The translations under genes were made by a program, and so were the position numbers. From assembly GCA_041690135.1 (NCBI GenBank), contig JAWLHY010000001.1:480001-544000 (forward strand): a DNA stretch of 64,000 nt, in the 5' to 3' direction. Source of the DNA: Armatimonadota bacterium. Its GTDB lineage: Bacteria > Armatimonadota > SYMT01. Positions within the stretch are counted from its first letter, which is position 1. Each line of letters opens with the position of its first letter. Positions 20,929 to 30,647 of this stretch are shown in pieces. Below the pieces are notes generated by a model that did no database searches, was not told where the DNA came from, and saw only the letters and a program-made list of their open reading frames with translations.

Positions 20929-21936
20929 TCAGGAGTGGCTTTCGTCCTGACGGCAGAGCCGGGCGAGCCGTTCCACGAACCGACGGCCGAAACCCTCGGC
21001 ATCCACCTCCAGGCAGATCTCCGCGTTGGGCTCCCGCGCTTCGGAATGGGCTCCGGGACGGAAATCCGCCACCGTCACCCCGCGGGTCAAGACACCTTCC
21101 GTTTCGACGTCCACCCGGCGTGCCACCTTCCGGAGCAGTAGGTCCGGCCACAACACGAGCCCGACGGGCAACGGATCGTGCAAGATACAGGCACGCTCCC
21201 CGAACCCCTGGAGATGATGCTCCATGTAGAAGTGGGTGATGGCGTGTACGAACCTTGCGGCCTCCGAGGACTGCAGGCCCTCCACGTCGGCAGGTCGCAG
21301 CAGGCACTGATGGGTGACGTCGAGCGGAACCCAGAGTTGCGGCACTCCGGATTCACACACCTGCTGAGCCGCCTCCGGATCTGCGAAGATGTTGAATTCC
21401 GCGACCGGGGAGGCATTGCCCGTCTCGCGGAACGCTCCGCCCATGATCACGATTCGCCTAAGCTGGCGGAAGGTGACCGGATCTTCCTGAAAGGCCAGCG
21501 AGAGGTTGGTCAGCGGGCCGAGAGTGATCAGGGTGATCTCACCCGGTCGCTGGCGGGTATGGTTCAGGAGTGAAGTGACAGCATCCACCGGGGAAAGCTG
21601 AGCGTGGGGCGGGTAAAGGGGCTGGCCATCCTCCGTGGTGTGCGAAACCACCCCCCCGAGTCCGTCCCAGCCGTGGACGAACTCCGCCGTTTCCCGCCCG
21701 GACGCGAAACCGCGGTGGATCGGGGGATTGGGGCGATCCGGCCAGGCCATTGGCACGATCCGGCGCGCGTTCTCGGTGGCCAGGTCCAGGCTCACGTTGC
21801 CGCCAACCGTGTGGACCGCCAAAACCTCCAATTCCGACGACGCCCCCGCCAGCAGCAGGGCGAGGGCGTCGTCGACTCCGGGGTCCGTATCGAGGATGAC
21901 CGGGAGGGGGGTCACGTTATTCGACGAACTTGACAA
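20929..21936 (-). CDS. Nucleoside hydrolase (IU-NH family)
   Basis: DTDPGVDDA, HGWDGLG, LGPLTN, AEFNIFADPEAA, LHDP. Confidence 0.93.
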   Translation of the reverse strand: MSSSSNNVTPLPVILDTDPGVDDALALLLAGASSELEVLAVHTVGGNVSLDLATENARRIVPMAWPDRPNPPIHRGFASGRETAEFVHGWDGLGGVVSHTTEDGQPLYPPHAQLSPVDAVTSLLNHTRQRPGEITLITLGPLTNLSLAFQEDPVTFRQLRRIVIMGGAFRETGNASPVAEFNIFADPEAAQQVCESGVPQLWVPLDVTHQCLLRPADVEGLQSSEAARFVHAITHFYMEHHLQGFGERACILHDPLPVGLVLWPDLLLRKVARRVDVETEGVLTRGVTVADFRPGAHSEAREPNAEICLEVDAEGFGRRFVERLARLCRQDESHS

Positions 21937-22579
21937 CCCGCGTCACCGCGGGCAGCCCATCCACCGTCACCGTGAGGGTGATCGTGTCCGCTTCTTCGGC
22001 ATCGATCTGTGCTATCACCTCTCCGGAGCTATCGGTGATCTCCGCCTCGGTATCGATCTCGCCCTTGTCGACCTTGAACGCAACCCGAGTGGCCGGTAGC
22101 CGGCGACCTTTGGCGTCCAGCACGCGGACCGTCAGCTCGCACGGCTCTCCCAATTTGTAGTCCTTCTTCTGATACTCCACCGTGAACCGGCCTGGCTTGA
22201 CCGGCTTGTTGCGGATTCCGAGCGTCAGGTCCTCCCGGACATCCTGCGGCATGCCCTGGACTAGCACGCGGTACTTGATGGTCACCAGATAGAGGCCGTC
22301 CGGCAGTAGGCTGGTATCGGTGCGAGAAGTGCAGACGTTGGTTTGCGGGTTCCGGGCCGCGGGGAGCTTCTGAACTTCCTCGCCATACTCGTTCTGGAGA
22401 ATGACTTCCGGGTTCTGAAGGAACAGCTCACCCTGCGCGTGCTCCGGTAGGATGTTGAATTCCGCGATGCCCTTGAGGATAGCCCGGTCCGCGGGGGCGA
22501 GGATCTTGAGCTCCGCGGCGGCGGCAGGCCTGGCGCCGGCCGGCAGGAGGAGGGGAAGCAGCAGCAAGAGCCGTTTCAA
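21917..22579 (-). CDS. Secreted Ig-like (Big_1-type) domain protein
   Basis: TTG start after AGGAG; signal peptide MKRLLLLLPLLLPAGARPAAA; C-terminal LTVRVLDAKG...TDSSGEV. Confidence 0.65.
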   Translation of the reverse strand: MKRLLLLLPLLLPAGARPAAAAELKILAPADRAILKGIAEFNILPEHAQGELFLQNPEVILQNEYGEEVQKLPAARNPQTNVCTSRTDTSLLPDGLYLVTIKYRVLVQGMPQDVREDLTLGIRNKPVKPGRFTVEYQKKDYKLGEPCELTVRVLDAKGRRLPATRVAFKVDKGEIDTEAEITDSSGEVIAQIDAEEADTITLTVTVDGLPAVTRVVKFVE

Positions 22580-22674
22580 GTGGGAATCTCCTGACCGGCC
22601 GAGAAACACAACAACGGGAAGACGGCCGGCACACGACATGGAGACGGAAAGCCGGCGTGGATGGTTCCGAAACG

Positions 22675-22920
22675 CTATTCCCAGGTGAGTGCGTCGAGGC
22701 TCTTCGCGTCCATCGCGCGCTCCAGGAACTGCTCGCACCACTCGGCGTCCGCGGCTTCGATCCGCTCTTCCAGGCGCCGGGGAAGCTCGCCGAATTGCTT
22801 CCGCAGCAGGCGGAGCGTCAACCTTCTGGCTTCTCGCTCTTCGCCACGTGCCTCCCCGCGTGCCTCGCCACGCGCCTCGCCTTCTGCGATCCATTCGTCG
22901 GTAATGGTTGCACCCTGCAT
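22675..22920 (-). CDS. DUF4351 / Rpn C-terminal small protein (remnant of an Rpn gene)
   Basis: EGEARGEARGEARG repeats, LRLLRKQFGELP, C-terminal SLDAL; upstream in-frame LLESLFREELPA remnant. Confidence 0.75.
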   Translation of the reverse strand: MQGATITDEWIAEGEARGEARGEARGEEREARRLTLRLLRKQFGELPRRLEERIEAADAEWCEQFLERAMDAKSLDALTWE

Positions 22921-23098
22921 GGCAGGTAGTTCCTCTCGGAAGAGCGACTCCAGTAACGACCACTGTAAGGGTCCCCTCCCTATTGTCCAGGCTACGGCGT
23001 CGGTTCCTTCTCACCCAAACAAATTAGGGGACCGCCACCTGGCGGCCCCCGTCTATTGACCTACCGAACGGAGGCGTTGCGAACTACCTATTGCGGCT

Positions 23099-24016
23099 TC
23101 ACGCCGCCTTCCGGATGTGGACGCCTTCCTCTTCCGTCTCGTCCTGAACGGCGCTGCCGCGGGCGTGCTCCAGTTCCGTCCGGTAGAGGTCTTCTTCCGG
23201 GGTCAGAGTGTCGACATGTTCGACGGAGTCGATTGGTTCCGGACGGTGGCCGCCGCGGGTTACGGGTGTGTGGCGATCCCAGGCACTGGCGGCACCCGGA
23301 TGGATGTCGACATCGTTGATCCGGTCGAAAGTACCCCCATCGACCATGCCTTCCGTGGGCAGGAAACCGGAGGTGTGCGCCCCCGATACTTCCAGCGGAA
23401 GATCGCGCGTAATCGGGACTCCGCCCGGCGACGCCGCCATGGTACCCACGAGGGCGGCCTGACTGTCGCTGCTGACGTCCGCAACGTAGCTGTTCGGGCC
23501 GGGATCGGCTTCACCGCCGGCGTGCGACCGGGTGTGATCGGCTCCCATTTCCCGTAGGATCAGGTGAGCCTCGCCTTCGCGGGCGGTGTCGTGTACCGCA
23601 ACGAGAACCCCACCCGCCCGGATGGCTTCTTCGTAGATTGCGGCTTCATCCTCCGGAATGCCGGACCCGATGAGCGCACCGATCAAACCGCCGGCCGCGG
23701 CGCCACCGACCAGTCCCGCAAGTGCGCCCAGGAGGGGTCCCGCGATAACTGCTGCGCCCATGCCCGGGATTAGAAGCGTGGACATGCCGAGTGCCCAGCC
23801 TCCGGCGGCCCCCAGCGCGCTTCCGGAGATCACCCCGAGAATCGTTCCCTGCTCGGCCTTATTGCCCGTCGCTTCCGCCATTTGCTGGACGCGTCCCGTG
23901 TCGTCCACTGCGATAACGCTGATCTGTTCTTGCGAGAAGCCCCGCTCGATCAGGCGGTCCACGGCGGCTCGGGCTCGCTCCCGATCGTTGAAAACTCCTA
24001 CTGCTGTGCGCTCCAT
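23099..24016 (-). CDS. General stress protein 17M-like (YflT-type) glycine-zipper protein
   Basis: AVGVFNDRERA, LIERGFSQEQISVI, Gly-rich TM hairpin, GIPEDEAAIYEEAIRAGGVLV. Confidence 0.8.
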   Translation of the reverse strand: MERTAVGVFNDRERARAAVDRLIERGFSQEQISVIAVDDTGRVQQMAEATGNKAEQGTILGVISGSALGAAGGWALGMSTLLIPGMGAAVIAGPLLGALAGLVGGAAAGGLIGALIGSGIPEDEAAIYEEAIRAGGVLVAVHDTAREGEAHLILREMGADHTRSHAGGEADPGPNSYVADVSSDSQAALVGTMAASPGGVPITRDLPLEVSGAHTSGFLPTEGMVDGGTFDRINDVDIHPGAASAWDRHTPVTRGGHRPEPIDSVEHVDTLTPEEDLYRTELEHARGSAVQDETEEEGVHIRKAA

Positions 24017-24152
24017 TCCTGCTCCCCCTTCATTGCTCCCCTTTGCGAGGCCGCCTCCCGCAATTCCGGTGGGCCGTTGTCCCACCCACGCGTGGCCGGC
24101 ATCACACCGGGGCTTCTTCAAGATTGTTTCCGGGGGAGGGGAGGGCGAAACG

Positions 24153-25085
24153 TCAGGCGGCCAGCAGCATCCGGCCGTAGCGAGGATCCGCCTCGAGCAG
24201 GTCGAGGACTTCCCGTACGGCAAGGTCCTTGCCCTTGCACTCGAACATGATGTCGAAGTCCTGTTTCAAGGACCGGGTATCCGTCAGAAAACGCTCCAAC
24301 TCATCCCGGTCGATGCCGTAAGCGTGGGCGCCCGGCTTCTTGTCGGGGTCCTGGGACGAGAAGTGGATCTTGGGGGCTCCCATCTCGGGAGCCCAGGTCT
24401 GAAAGACCCGATCCAGCAGTTCCGCACAGGGCATTCCCGCCCACTGGCCTGGGATCACCGCGTGATGCAGCACATCCACTACGACGGGGAGACCAGTGCG
24501 GCGGCTGACCTCGATCGTCTCCTCGACGCTGTAGTACCGGTCGTCGTTCTCGATGACGAGATGCCGGCGGTGCTCGGGAGCCACCCGGTCGACCGCGCGC
24601 GCGAAGCGGTCCACCGCCTCTTCACGGGTAGGGGATTTCACCCCCACGTGCAGGATGATCTTGTGCTCCGGTCCCAGTTCCATCGTTTCCAGGACCCGGC
24701 CCATGTACTCCACGTCCGCCAGGGAGGCCTCGGCGACTTCCGGCTGTACCGAATTGAGGATGGTGAAGTGGCTAGCGTGGAAGGACAGCCGATGGCCGTG
24801 CGAACGGGCCCACCGGCCCACTTCCCGCAAGCGCCAGCCGAAGTCGGACCACCATTCCAGCGTGTTCACGGCGTGAGACGCGAACGGGATGAAGGCATTG
24901 CCGATCCGGAAGAGCCGCAGGCCGTGCCCCTCATTGTACCGAAGGACCTCCTGAAGGCCGTCGATGTTGGCGTGGATCAGGCTCCGGAGCTTCTCGGGGG
25001 TCGCGTTACGCAACACCGTGGTCCGCTGGCAGCGTGCTTCGTCGCATCCCAGGCTGATGCAGGCGTATCCCACTCGCATGCTCAA
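24153..25085 (-). CDS. uvsE: UV DNA damage endonuclease
   Basis: RVGYACI, LFRIG, PFASH, IILHVG, IENDDR, HFSSQ, GAHA, MFECKGKD. Confidence 0.92.
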   Translation of the reverse strand: MSMRVGYACISLGCDEARCQRTTVLRNATPEKLRSLIHANIDGLQEVLRYNEGHGLRLFRIGNAFIPFASHAVNTLEWWSDFGWRLREVGRWARSHGHRLSFHASHFTILNSVQPEVAEASLADVEYMGRVLETMELGPEHKIILHVGVKSPTREEAVDRFARAVDRVAPEHRRHLVIENDDRYYSVEETIEVSRRTGLPVVVDVLHHAVIPGQWAGMPCAELLDRVFQTWAPEMGAPKIHFSSQDPDKKPGAHAYGIDRDELERFLTDTRSLKQDFDIMFECKGKDLAVREVLDLLEADPRYGRMLLAA

Positions 25086-25300
25086 TGCTCCCTTTCCATG
25101 TGTCCGGCCGTCTCTGTTTCCGATCCGGGATCACCCTTTCCGGCGTCTCCGCCCCGTTGTATCCAGAGAGTAGCGATTTTGCTACATGTCTACCCGCACT
25201 GCCGGAAGGGCACGACGCCGCGCGCCTCGAACGGCATAGCAAGATAAACCCCAGCGCTCATCCCTCGCGCTTACCCCCTCTTTACCGGAAAGGATCGGGA

Positions 25301-26320
25301 ATGAACCGACTGTTAACCCGCCGCACGGCAGCCGCACTCATTGCGGCCGGAACGGCGCTCACCCTGGTATCGACCGCCCACCGTGCCGAGGCCCAGAGCC
25401 GCCCGAAAACGGGCAAGGCGATCCAGCTTTTCAACGGCAAGGACCTGACCAACTTCTACACCTGGCTGGTCGGCACCAAGTACCAGGACCCGGATAAGGT
25501 CTTTACCGTGGTCCCGAACGTGGACGGAAAGCCGGCCATCCGCGTGAGCGGTCAGCACTTCGGCGCCTTCATCACCAAGGAAGAGTTCTCGGACTACCAC
25601 CTGGTGACCGAGTTCAAGTGGGGCGAGAAGACCTGGGCACCGCGCGAGAAGGCGACCCGCGACAGCGGGATTCTGGTCCACTGCCAGGGACCGGATGGAA
25701 ACACCGGCAAGGACTTCAACGGCCCATGGATGCTCTCGCAGGAGTGTCAGATCATTGAGGGCGGCGTCGGCGACTTCATCCTGGTGGGCGGGCACACGCA
25801 GAGCGGTGAGCGCATCATCCCGAAACTGACCGTGACCGCCGGTAAGGACCGCGACAACGAGAACATCTACGACCCGAAGGCTCCCGCGAAGGAGTTCCAG
25901 GGAGGCCGCATCAACTGGTGGGGCCGCGACCCTGATTGGAAGGACACGATCGGCTTCCGCGGCAAGCAGGACGTGGAGAGCCCGTTCGGCGAGTGGACGC
26001 GTGTCGAGGTCATCTGCGACGGGGACAGCATCACCAACATCGTCAACGGCAAGGTGGTGAACCACGGGACGAAGTCGAGCCTCACCCGCGGCAAGATCAT
26101 CTTCCAGTCCGAGGGGGCGGAGCTGTTCTTCCGCAAGATCGAGCTGCGGCCGATCCAGAAGGCCGGCGCGGCGAACGGCGTCCGGACGGCCGGCCTGGAC
26201 AACCACCACCATCCCTCGCCGAAGGTGCTGCGCGGCAACCGCGGCTTCCACTACGGCGATCACCTGAATATCTACACGCTCAAAAACGCCGCCACCGCCT
26301 CCCACAAGAAGGCGAAGTAA
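25301..26320 (+). CDS. DUF1080 (3-keto-disaccharide hydrolase-like) secreted protein
   Basis: Signal peptide (TRRTAAALI...AEA), LFNGKDL, RDSGIL, GEWTRVEV, IFQSEGAE. Confidence 0.85.
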   Translation: MNRLLTRRTAAALIAAGTALTLVSTAHRAEAQSRPKTGKAIQLFNGKDLTNFYTWLVGTKYQDPDKVFTVVPNVDGKPAIRVSGQHFGAFITKEEFSDYHLVTEFKWGEKTWAPREKATRDSGILVHCQGPDGNTGKDFNGPWMLSQECQIIEGGVGDFILVGGHTQSGERIIPKLTVTAGKDRDNENIYDPKAPAKEFQGGRINWWGRDPDWKDTIGFRGKQDVESPFGEWTRVEVICDGDSITNIVNGKVVNHGTKSSLTRGKIIFQSEGAELFFRKIELRPIQKAGAANGVRTAGLDNHHHPSPKVLRGNRGFHYGDHLNIYTLKNAATASHKKAK

Positions 26321-26345
26321 CTCTGGAGTTGCTTACTCCAAAAAA

Positions 26346-26388
26346 GCGAAAGGGCACCTCTCATCACGTGAGGTGCCCTTTCGCCTTT
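26346..26388. terminator. Intrinsic terminator hairpin (probably bidirectional)
   Basis: 15-bp stem gcgaaagggcacctc / gaggtgccctttcgc with an A-run before and ttt after. Confidence 0.75.
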
Positions 26389-26421
26389 GGTCTCCCTGGC
26401 GTGTATCTGGCAAGAGTAGCT

Positions 26422-26685
26422 AAGTTTTCCGTACGCGATGCTGCGGCCACTCCGAGAGTAGTCAGGACTCGATCTCTGCCATAGGAGACCCGAACAGTAG
26501 GGAATGCGACGTACACCCGGCGGAGTTAGGGCCGTTCCATTCCGCAATCTGTAAAGCTGATCCGGCTGCGCCAAACCGAACCGATCCTGTTCCTAGACGG
26601 CTACGCGTTGGCGGGACGGGATCGGATCCCGTCCGACGGAACGCTACGGTGAGACGTTCCCTACGGGTGCCGCTCTCGAAAACTT
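26422..26685 (+). ncRNA. Candidate structured non-coding RNA (unassigned family)
   Basis: Five nested helices found by eye plus local hairpins (see findings); no convincing ORF. Confidence 0.4.
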
Positions 26686-26700
26686 TGGATGGAACCCGGC

Positions 26701-27654
26701 TCACACTGCCGGACGTGTCCCGCCACCGTGAGCAGCTGCCTGCCAGTTACCGGCTACGCCGCTTAGCCGGGCGTACTGCCGGCTGGGGAGCGGGTGGGGG
26801 AGGTGGCCCGCTATCAGCGCGGAGGCCCGGGCAATGCCCTCCAGGGAGACGCCGGTGGCGTATCCCATCCTCTCCAGCATGTACACCAGGTCCTCCGTGG
26901 CCAGGTTTCCGGCTGCGCCGGGCGCGTAGGGGCACCCGCCCAGGCCGCCCGCGGAGCTGTCGAACGTCGTGATGCCCGCCTCCAGCGAGGCGAGGACGTT
27001 GGCGAGCGCCGTGCCCGAGGTGTCGTGGAAGTGCATCGCCAGTTGGTCGCGAGGCAGGTCATCCGGCAAGGCCGCGAGCAGGCGTTCCACGTCCGTGGGC
27101 ACGGCCGCCCCCACCGTGTCGCCGATCGAGACCTCGTCCACGCCCAGGTCGAATAACTCGCGGACCACCGGCTCTACCTGGGCGGGCGCCATCTCCCCTT
27201 CGTAGGGGCAGACGAAACAGGTGGAGACATATCCCCGCGCGGTCAGCCCGGCCGCCGTCGCCCGTTCCGCGATCCCCCGGAAGGTATCGAGGGACTGCCG
27301 GATCGTCATGCCGATGTTGCGCTGGACAAAGGTCTCCGAGGCGGCGGTAAAGACGGCGATGCGCGGAATGCCGGAGGCGAGGGCGCGCTCCAGGCCCCGC
27401 TCATTCGGGACCAGCGCCGAGTAGCGGGTTCCACTTCCCGCCGGGAGACCGGCAATCACCGCCTCGGCGTCGGCCAATTGCGGGATGCGGCCGGGGTGGA
27501 CGAAGGAGGTCGCCTCGATTTCCCGCAGGCCTGCCTCCGTCAGCGCCCGGATGAACGCCAGCTTGACTTCCGTGGGGATGGGGGTCGGCTCGTTCTGCAG
27601 GCCGTCGCGCGGTCCGACTTCGATGATCCGGATTGGGGTAGCCACAGATTTCAC
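26701..27654 (-). CDS. Hydroxymethylglutaryl-CoA lyase
   Basis: EVGPRDGLQNE, HFHDTSG, GLGGCPYAPGAAGNLATED. Confidence 0.95.
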   Translation of the reverse strand: MKSVATPIRIIEVGPRDGLQNEPTPIPTEVKLAFIRALTEAGLREIEATSFVHPGRIPQLADAEAVIAGLPAGSGTRYSALVPNERGLERALASGIPRIAVFTAASETFVQRNIGMTIRQSLDTFRGIAERATAAGLTARGYVSTCFVCPYEGEMAPAQVEPVVRELFDLGVDEVSIGDTVGAAVPTDVERLLAALPDDLPRDQLAMHFHDTSGTALANVLASLEAGITTFDSSAGGLGGCPYAPGAAGNLATEDLVYMLERMGYATGVSLEGIARASALIAGHLPHPLPSRQYARLSGVAGNWQAAAHGGGTRPAV

Positions 27655-28172
27655 AGATTTATCTTGATTTTGAGGATGAGCTGGCCCTGATCGACGAGCT
27701 CCCCTTCGGCTGCGAGGATCTCCTGAACGGTACCGGCGCCGGGAGCGGGGAGGGAGAGTTGCATCTTCATCGACTCCAGCACGAACACCGGCGCGCCGGC
27801 CTCCACGGGATCTCCCACCGCCACCAAGACCTTGCGGACGATGCCCGGCATCGGGGCCGTCAGATCTCCGTGTGAGGCAGCGGCGGACCGGCGGTCCGCA
27901 GTCGCCTCGTCGGTTCGGGACAGTTCGAACACAAAGGTGTCGCCGTCGATCCAGAGGTGTAGTTCACTGCCGGTGCGCGCCCAGTAGCAGGGGAGCACCT
28001 GGGTTCCGTGCCGCAGAATGCCGCCCTGGTTCCCCAGAAGCTCCAGTTCCCCTTCCGCCGCTCCCGACGGCCCTTCCAGGGTCAGGCGGACCGGCCCCTC
28101 TCGTAGGGCTTGCTTTTCGAGGCGCAGCTCCAGCGGTTCGGCACCCAGGGGGCAGAGTGTGACCCTGTCCAT
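27651..28172 (-). CDS. Biotin carboxyl carrier protein (BT + biotinyl domain) of a split MCC alpha subunit
   Basis: LTAPMPG, LESMKM biotinylation motif; ATG overlaps upstream TGA. Confidence 0.88.
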   Translation of the reverse strand: MDRVTLCPLGAEPLELRLEKQALREGPVRLTLEGPSGAAEGELELLGNQGGILRHGTQVLPCYWARTGSELHLWIDGDTFVFELSRTDEATADRRSAAASHGDLTAPMPGIVRKVLVAVGDPVEAGAPVFVLESMKMQLSLPAPGAGTVQEILAAEGELVDQGQLILKIKINL

Positions 28173-29668
28173 CAGGCAAGCCTCCAGTTTCCGGCTTCCA
28201 GCCATGGTGAGGGTCGTGCTCCCGCGCCGGAGCGCGAAGGCCGGTTGCCCGCAGCTACCGTAGGCCTTTCCGTAGCGGCCCATCCCGCCACCAGGAGGGC
28301 CTCCTGGAGAACGCCTGGTGGCGCGGGAGCAATGGCATGTTCGTCCAGGAAGTGCGTGTGCAGGTCCCCGGTCGCAAACGAGGGATGGCGGATCAGGTTG
28401 CGCAGGAACGGGATATTGGTGCGCACGCCCAGGATCACGAACCGCGATAGGGCCAGGTCCATCCGGGCCAGGGCGGACGGACGGTCTTCAGCCCAGACGA
28501 TCAACTTCGCCAGCAGGGGATCGTAGTGGATCGTCACCTCGGAGCCTTCCTCCACGCCGCTGTCCACGCGGATGCCGGGCCCCGCCGGAGCGCGATAGAC
28601 CTGGATCCGTCCCGTGCTGGGAAGATATCCCCGGGAGGGGTCCTCCGCATAGACCCGGCACTCCAGGGCGTGGCCCTCTTGCTTCAGCTCTTCCTGGCGG
28701 AACGGCAGGGGTTGCCCCGCGGCAATGGCGAACTGCGCGCGCACAAGATCGAGGCCGGTGACCAGCTCCGTAACCGGGTGCTCCACTTGCAGGCGGGTGT
28801 TCACCTCCAGGAAGTAGAAGTTGCGCTGCGCGTCCAGGATGAACTCCACCGTTCCCGCGTTCTCATAGCCCAGCGCCTGGGCGGCCCGGACCGCCGCCTC
28901 TCCCATCCGGGCGCGGAGATCCGGGTCGAGCGCGGGAGAAGGGGACTCCTCGATGATCTTCTGGTGGCGCCGCTGCACGGAGCACTCCCGCTCGAACAGG
29001 TGCACCGCGGCGCCATGGCGGTCGCCGAAGATCTGCACCTCCACGTGCCGGGGCCGTTCCAGGTACTTTTCCAGAAAGACGCGCCCGTCCCCAAAGCTCT
29101 TCTCCGCTTCGGAGCGCGCGTCGGCGATGGCAGCCTCCAGGCCGGCCGGGGTGTCCACGCGCCGCATGCCGCGGCCGCCGCCGCCCGCCGCCGCCTTCAC
29201 CAGGATGGGGTAACCCAGCCCTTCCGCGGCGCGCCGGGCTTCCGCCAGGGCCGAGACATCCCCCGTCCAGCCGGGCACCACCGGTACGCCCGCCTCCTCC
29301 ATTACCTGCTTGGCCGTCACTTTGTCGCCCATGGCCGCAATGACCTGGGACGAAGGACCAATGAGGCGGATTCCTGCCGCTTCCAGCTTGGCGGCGAACT
29401 CCGCGTTCTCGGAGAGGAAGCCGTAGCCCGGGTGGACCGCCTCCGCGCCGCACTCCCGGGCGACCTCCACCAGCCGGTCCGCGTTGAGGTACGTTTCCGC
29501 GGCGGATGCCCCTTCCAGGCGATGGCTTTCGTCGGCCAGGCGCGCGTGGAGGGCCTGGCGGTCCGGATCGGAGTAGACCGCCACCGACGGGATGCCCACC
29601 TCGCGCAGGGACTGAAGCACGCGGACCGCGATCTCGCCGCGGTTGGCGACGAGAACTTTACGCAGCAC
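28172..29668 (-). CDS. Biotin carboxylase subunit of methylcrotonyl-CoA carboxylase
   Basis: LVANRGEIA, HPGYGFLSEN, ERECSVQRRHQK, EVNTRLQVEHPVTE. Confidence 0.95.
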   Translation of the reverse strand: MLRKVLVANRGEIAVRVLQSLREVGIPSVAVYSDPDRQALHARLADESHRLEGASAAETYLNADRLVEVARECGAEAVHPGYGFLSENAEFAAKLEAAGIRLIGPSSQVIAAMGDKVTAKQVMEEAGVPVVPGWTGDVSALAEARRAAEGLGYPILVKAAAGGGGRGMRRVDTPAGLEAAIADARSEAEKSFGDGRVFLEKYLERPRHVEVQIFGDRHGAAVHLFERECSVQRRHQKIIEESPSPALDPDLRARMGEAAVRAAQALGYENAGTVEFILDAQRNFYFLEVNTRLQVEHPVTELVTGLDLVRAQFAIAAGQPLPFRQEELKQEGHALECRVYAEDPSRGYLPSTGRIQVYRAPAGPGIRVDSGVEEGSEVTIHYDPLLAKLIVWAEDRPSALARMDLALSRFVILGVRTNIPFLRNLIRHPSFATGDLHTHFLDEHAIAPAPPGVLQEALLVAGWAATERPTVAAGNRPSRSGAGARPSPWLEAGNWRLA

Positions 29669-30461
29669 CGTCCAGGTCTCCCGGATGCCAGGAGGGCCGG
29701 CGTTTATCCAGAAAGGCGCGGATCCCCTCCTGGCCCTCCGAAGAGGCACGGCGATCCGCCAATCGCCCCGCCATCTCCTTCAGCACCGCTTCCCACTCCG
29801 CGTCCGAAAGCGGGTCGGTGAGCGCCTTGGCTCCGGCCATCGCCTCCGGCCCGTTGGTGAGAATCTGGCGGATCCAGCGCTGCACCGTTTCATCCAGCTC
29901 GGGAAGCGACCCGACCGTTTCGGAAACGAGGCCCAGCTCGCGGGCAGCCGGGGCCGGGATCCGCTCGCCGGTGAGGAAGTACCGGCGGACCTGTCCGTGC
30001 GGCGCCTTGCGGAAGACGAACGGCGAGATGACCGCCGGAACCAGTCCCAGCTTGACCTCGCTGAAGCAGAAGCCGACGGTTTCGAGCGCCACCGACATGT
30101 CACACGCCGCCGCCAGGCCCACGCCACCCCCGTACACGGAGCCGTGGATGCGGGCAATGACCGGCTTGGGGCACCGGTACAGGGTAAGGAGCATGCGCCC
30201 CAGGCGCAGCGCTTCCTCTGTGCTTTCCTCCCGGCTGACGCTGGCCGAAGACCGCAGCCAGTTCAGGTCGCCGCCCGCACAGAAGGAGGGTCCCGTCCCC
30301 TGGAGGACGATAGCCCGCACCCCCGGCGCCGCACCCATTCCCTGGAAGGCGCGCTGAAGCTCATCGATCATCTGCGGGTTGAGCGCGTTATGAACCTCGG
30401 GCCGGTTCAGGGTGACCTGGGCCCAGGTTCCGCGGATGGTAACTCGAATGGTGTCCCACAT
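29658..30461 (-). CDS. Enoyl-CoA hydratase (methylglutaconyl-CoA hydratase-like)
   Basis: LNRPEVHNA, FCAGGDL, GGGVGL, FSEVKLGLVPA. Confidence 0.9.
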   Translation of the reverse strand: MWDTIRVTIRGTWAQVTLNRPEVHNALNPQMIDELQRAFQGMGAAPGVRAIVLQGTGPSFCAGGDLNWLRSSASVSREESTEEALRLGRMLLTLYRCPKPVIARIHGSVYGGGVGLAAACDMSVALETVGFCFSEVKLGLVPAVISPFVFRKAPHGQVRRYFLTGERIPAPAARELGLVSETVGSLPELDETVQRWIRQILTNGPEAMAGAKALTDPLSDAEWEAVLKEMAGRLADRRASSEGQEGIRAFLDKRRPSWHPGDLDGAA

Positions 30462-30464
30462 GCT

Positions 30465-30525
30465 CGTAGTGCGTGTTGCGTAGTGCGTGCTGCGTAGTGC
30501 GTGCTGCGTATTTCGTGATGCGTAA
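30465..30525. repeat. Tandem heptamer repeat (TGCGTAG/TGCGTGC)
   Basis: cgtagtgcgtgttgcgtagtgcgtgctgcgtagtgcgtgctgcgtatttcgtgatgcgtaa. Confidence 0.85.
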
Positions 30526-30647
30526 CTGGAACCAATTGACGCCCAAAGCGGTTGCCTCGAACCGTCGATGGGAAAGTGTTCCCGTCACCCCCGGTTCATT
30601 CTTCCCTTCCAATCTGCGAAATCTGTGGCTTCCTTTCGCCGTCGGCA

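Noticed and set aside
26497-26556. Cobalamin riboswitch (AGGGAA...CCGCAATCTGTAA) or RNase P 3' motif (GAACCCGGCT near 26692)
   Set aside because: The other required motifs are missing or in the wrong order, and there is no co-oriented downstream gene
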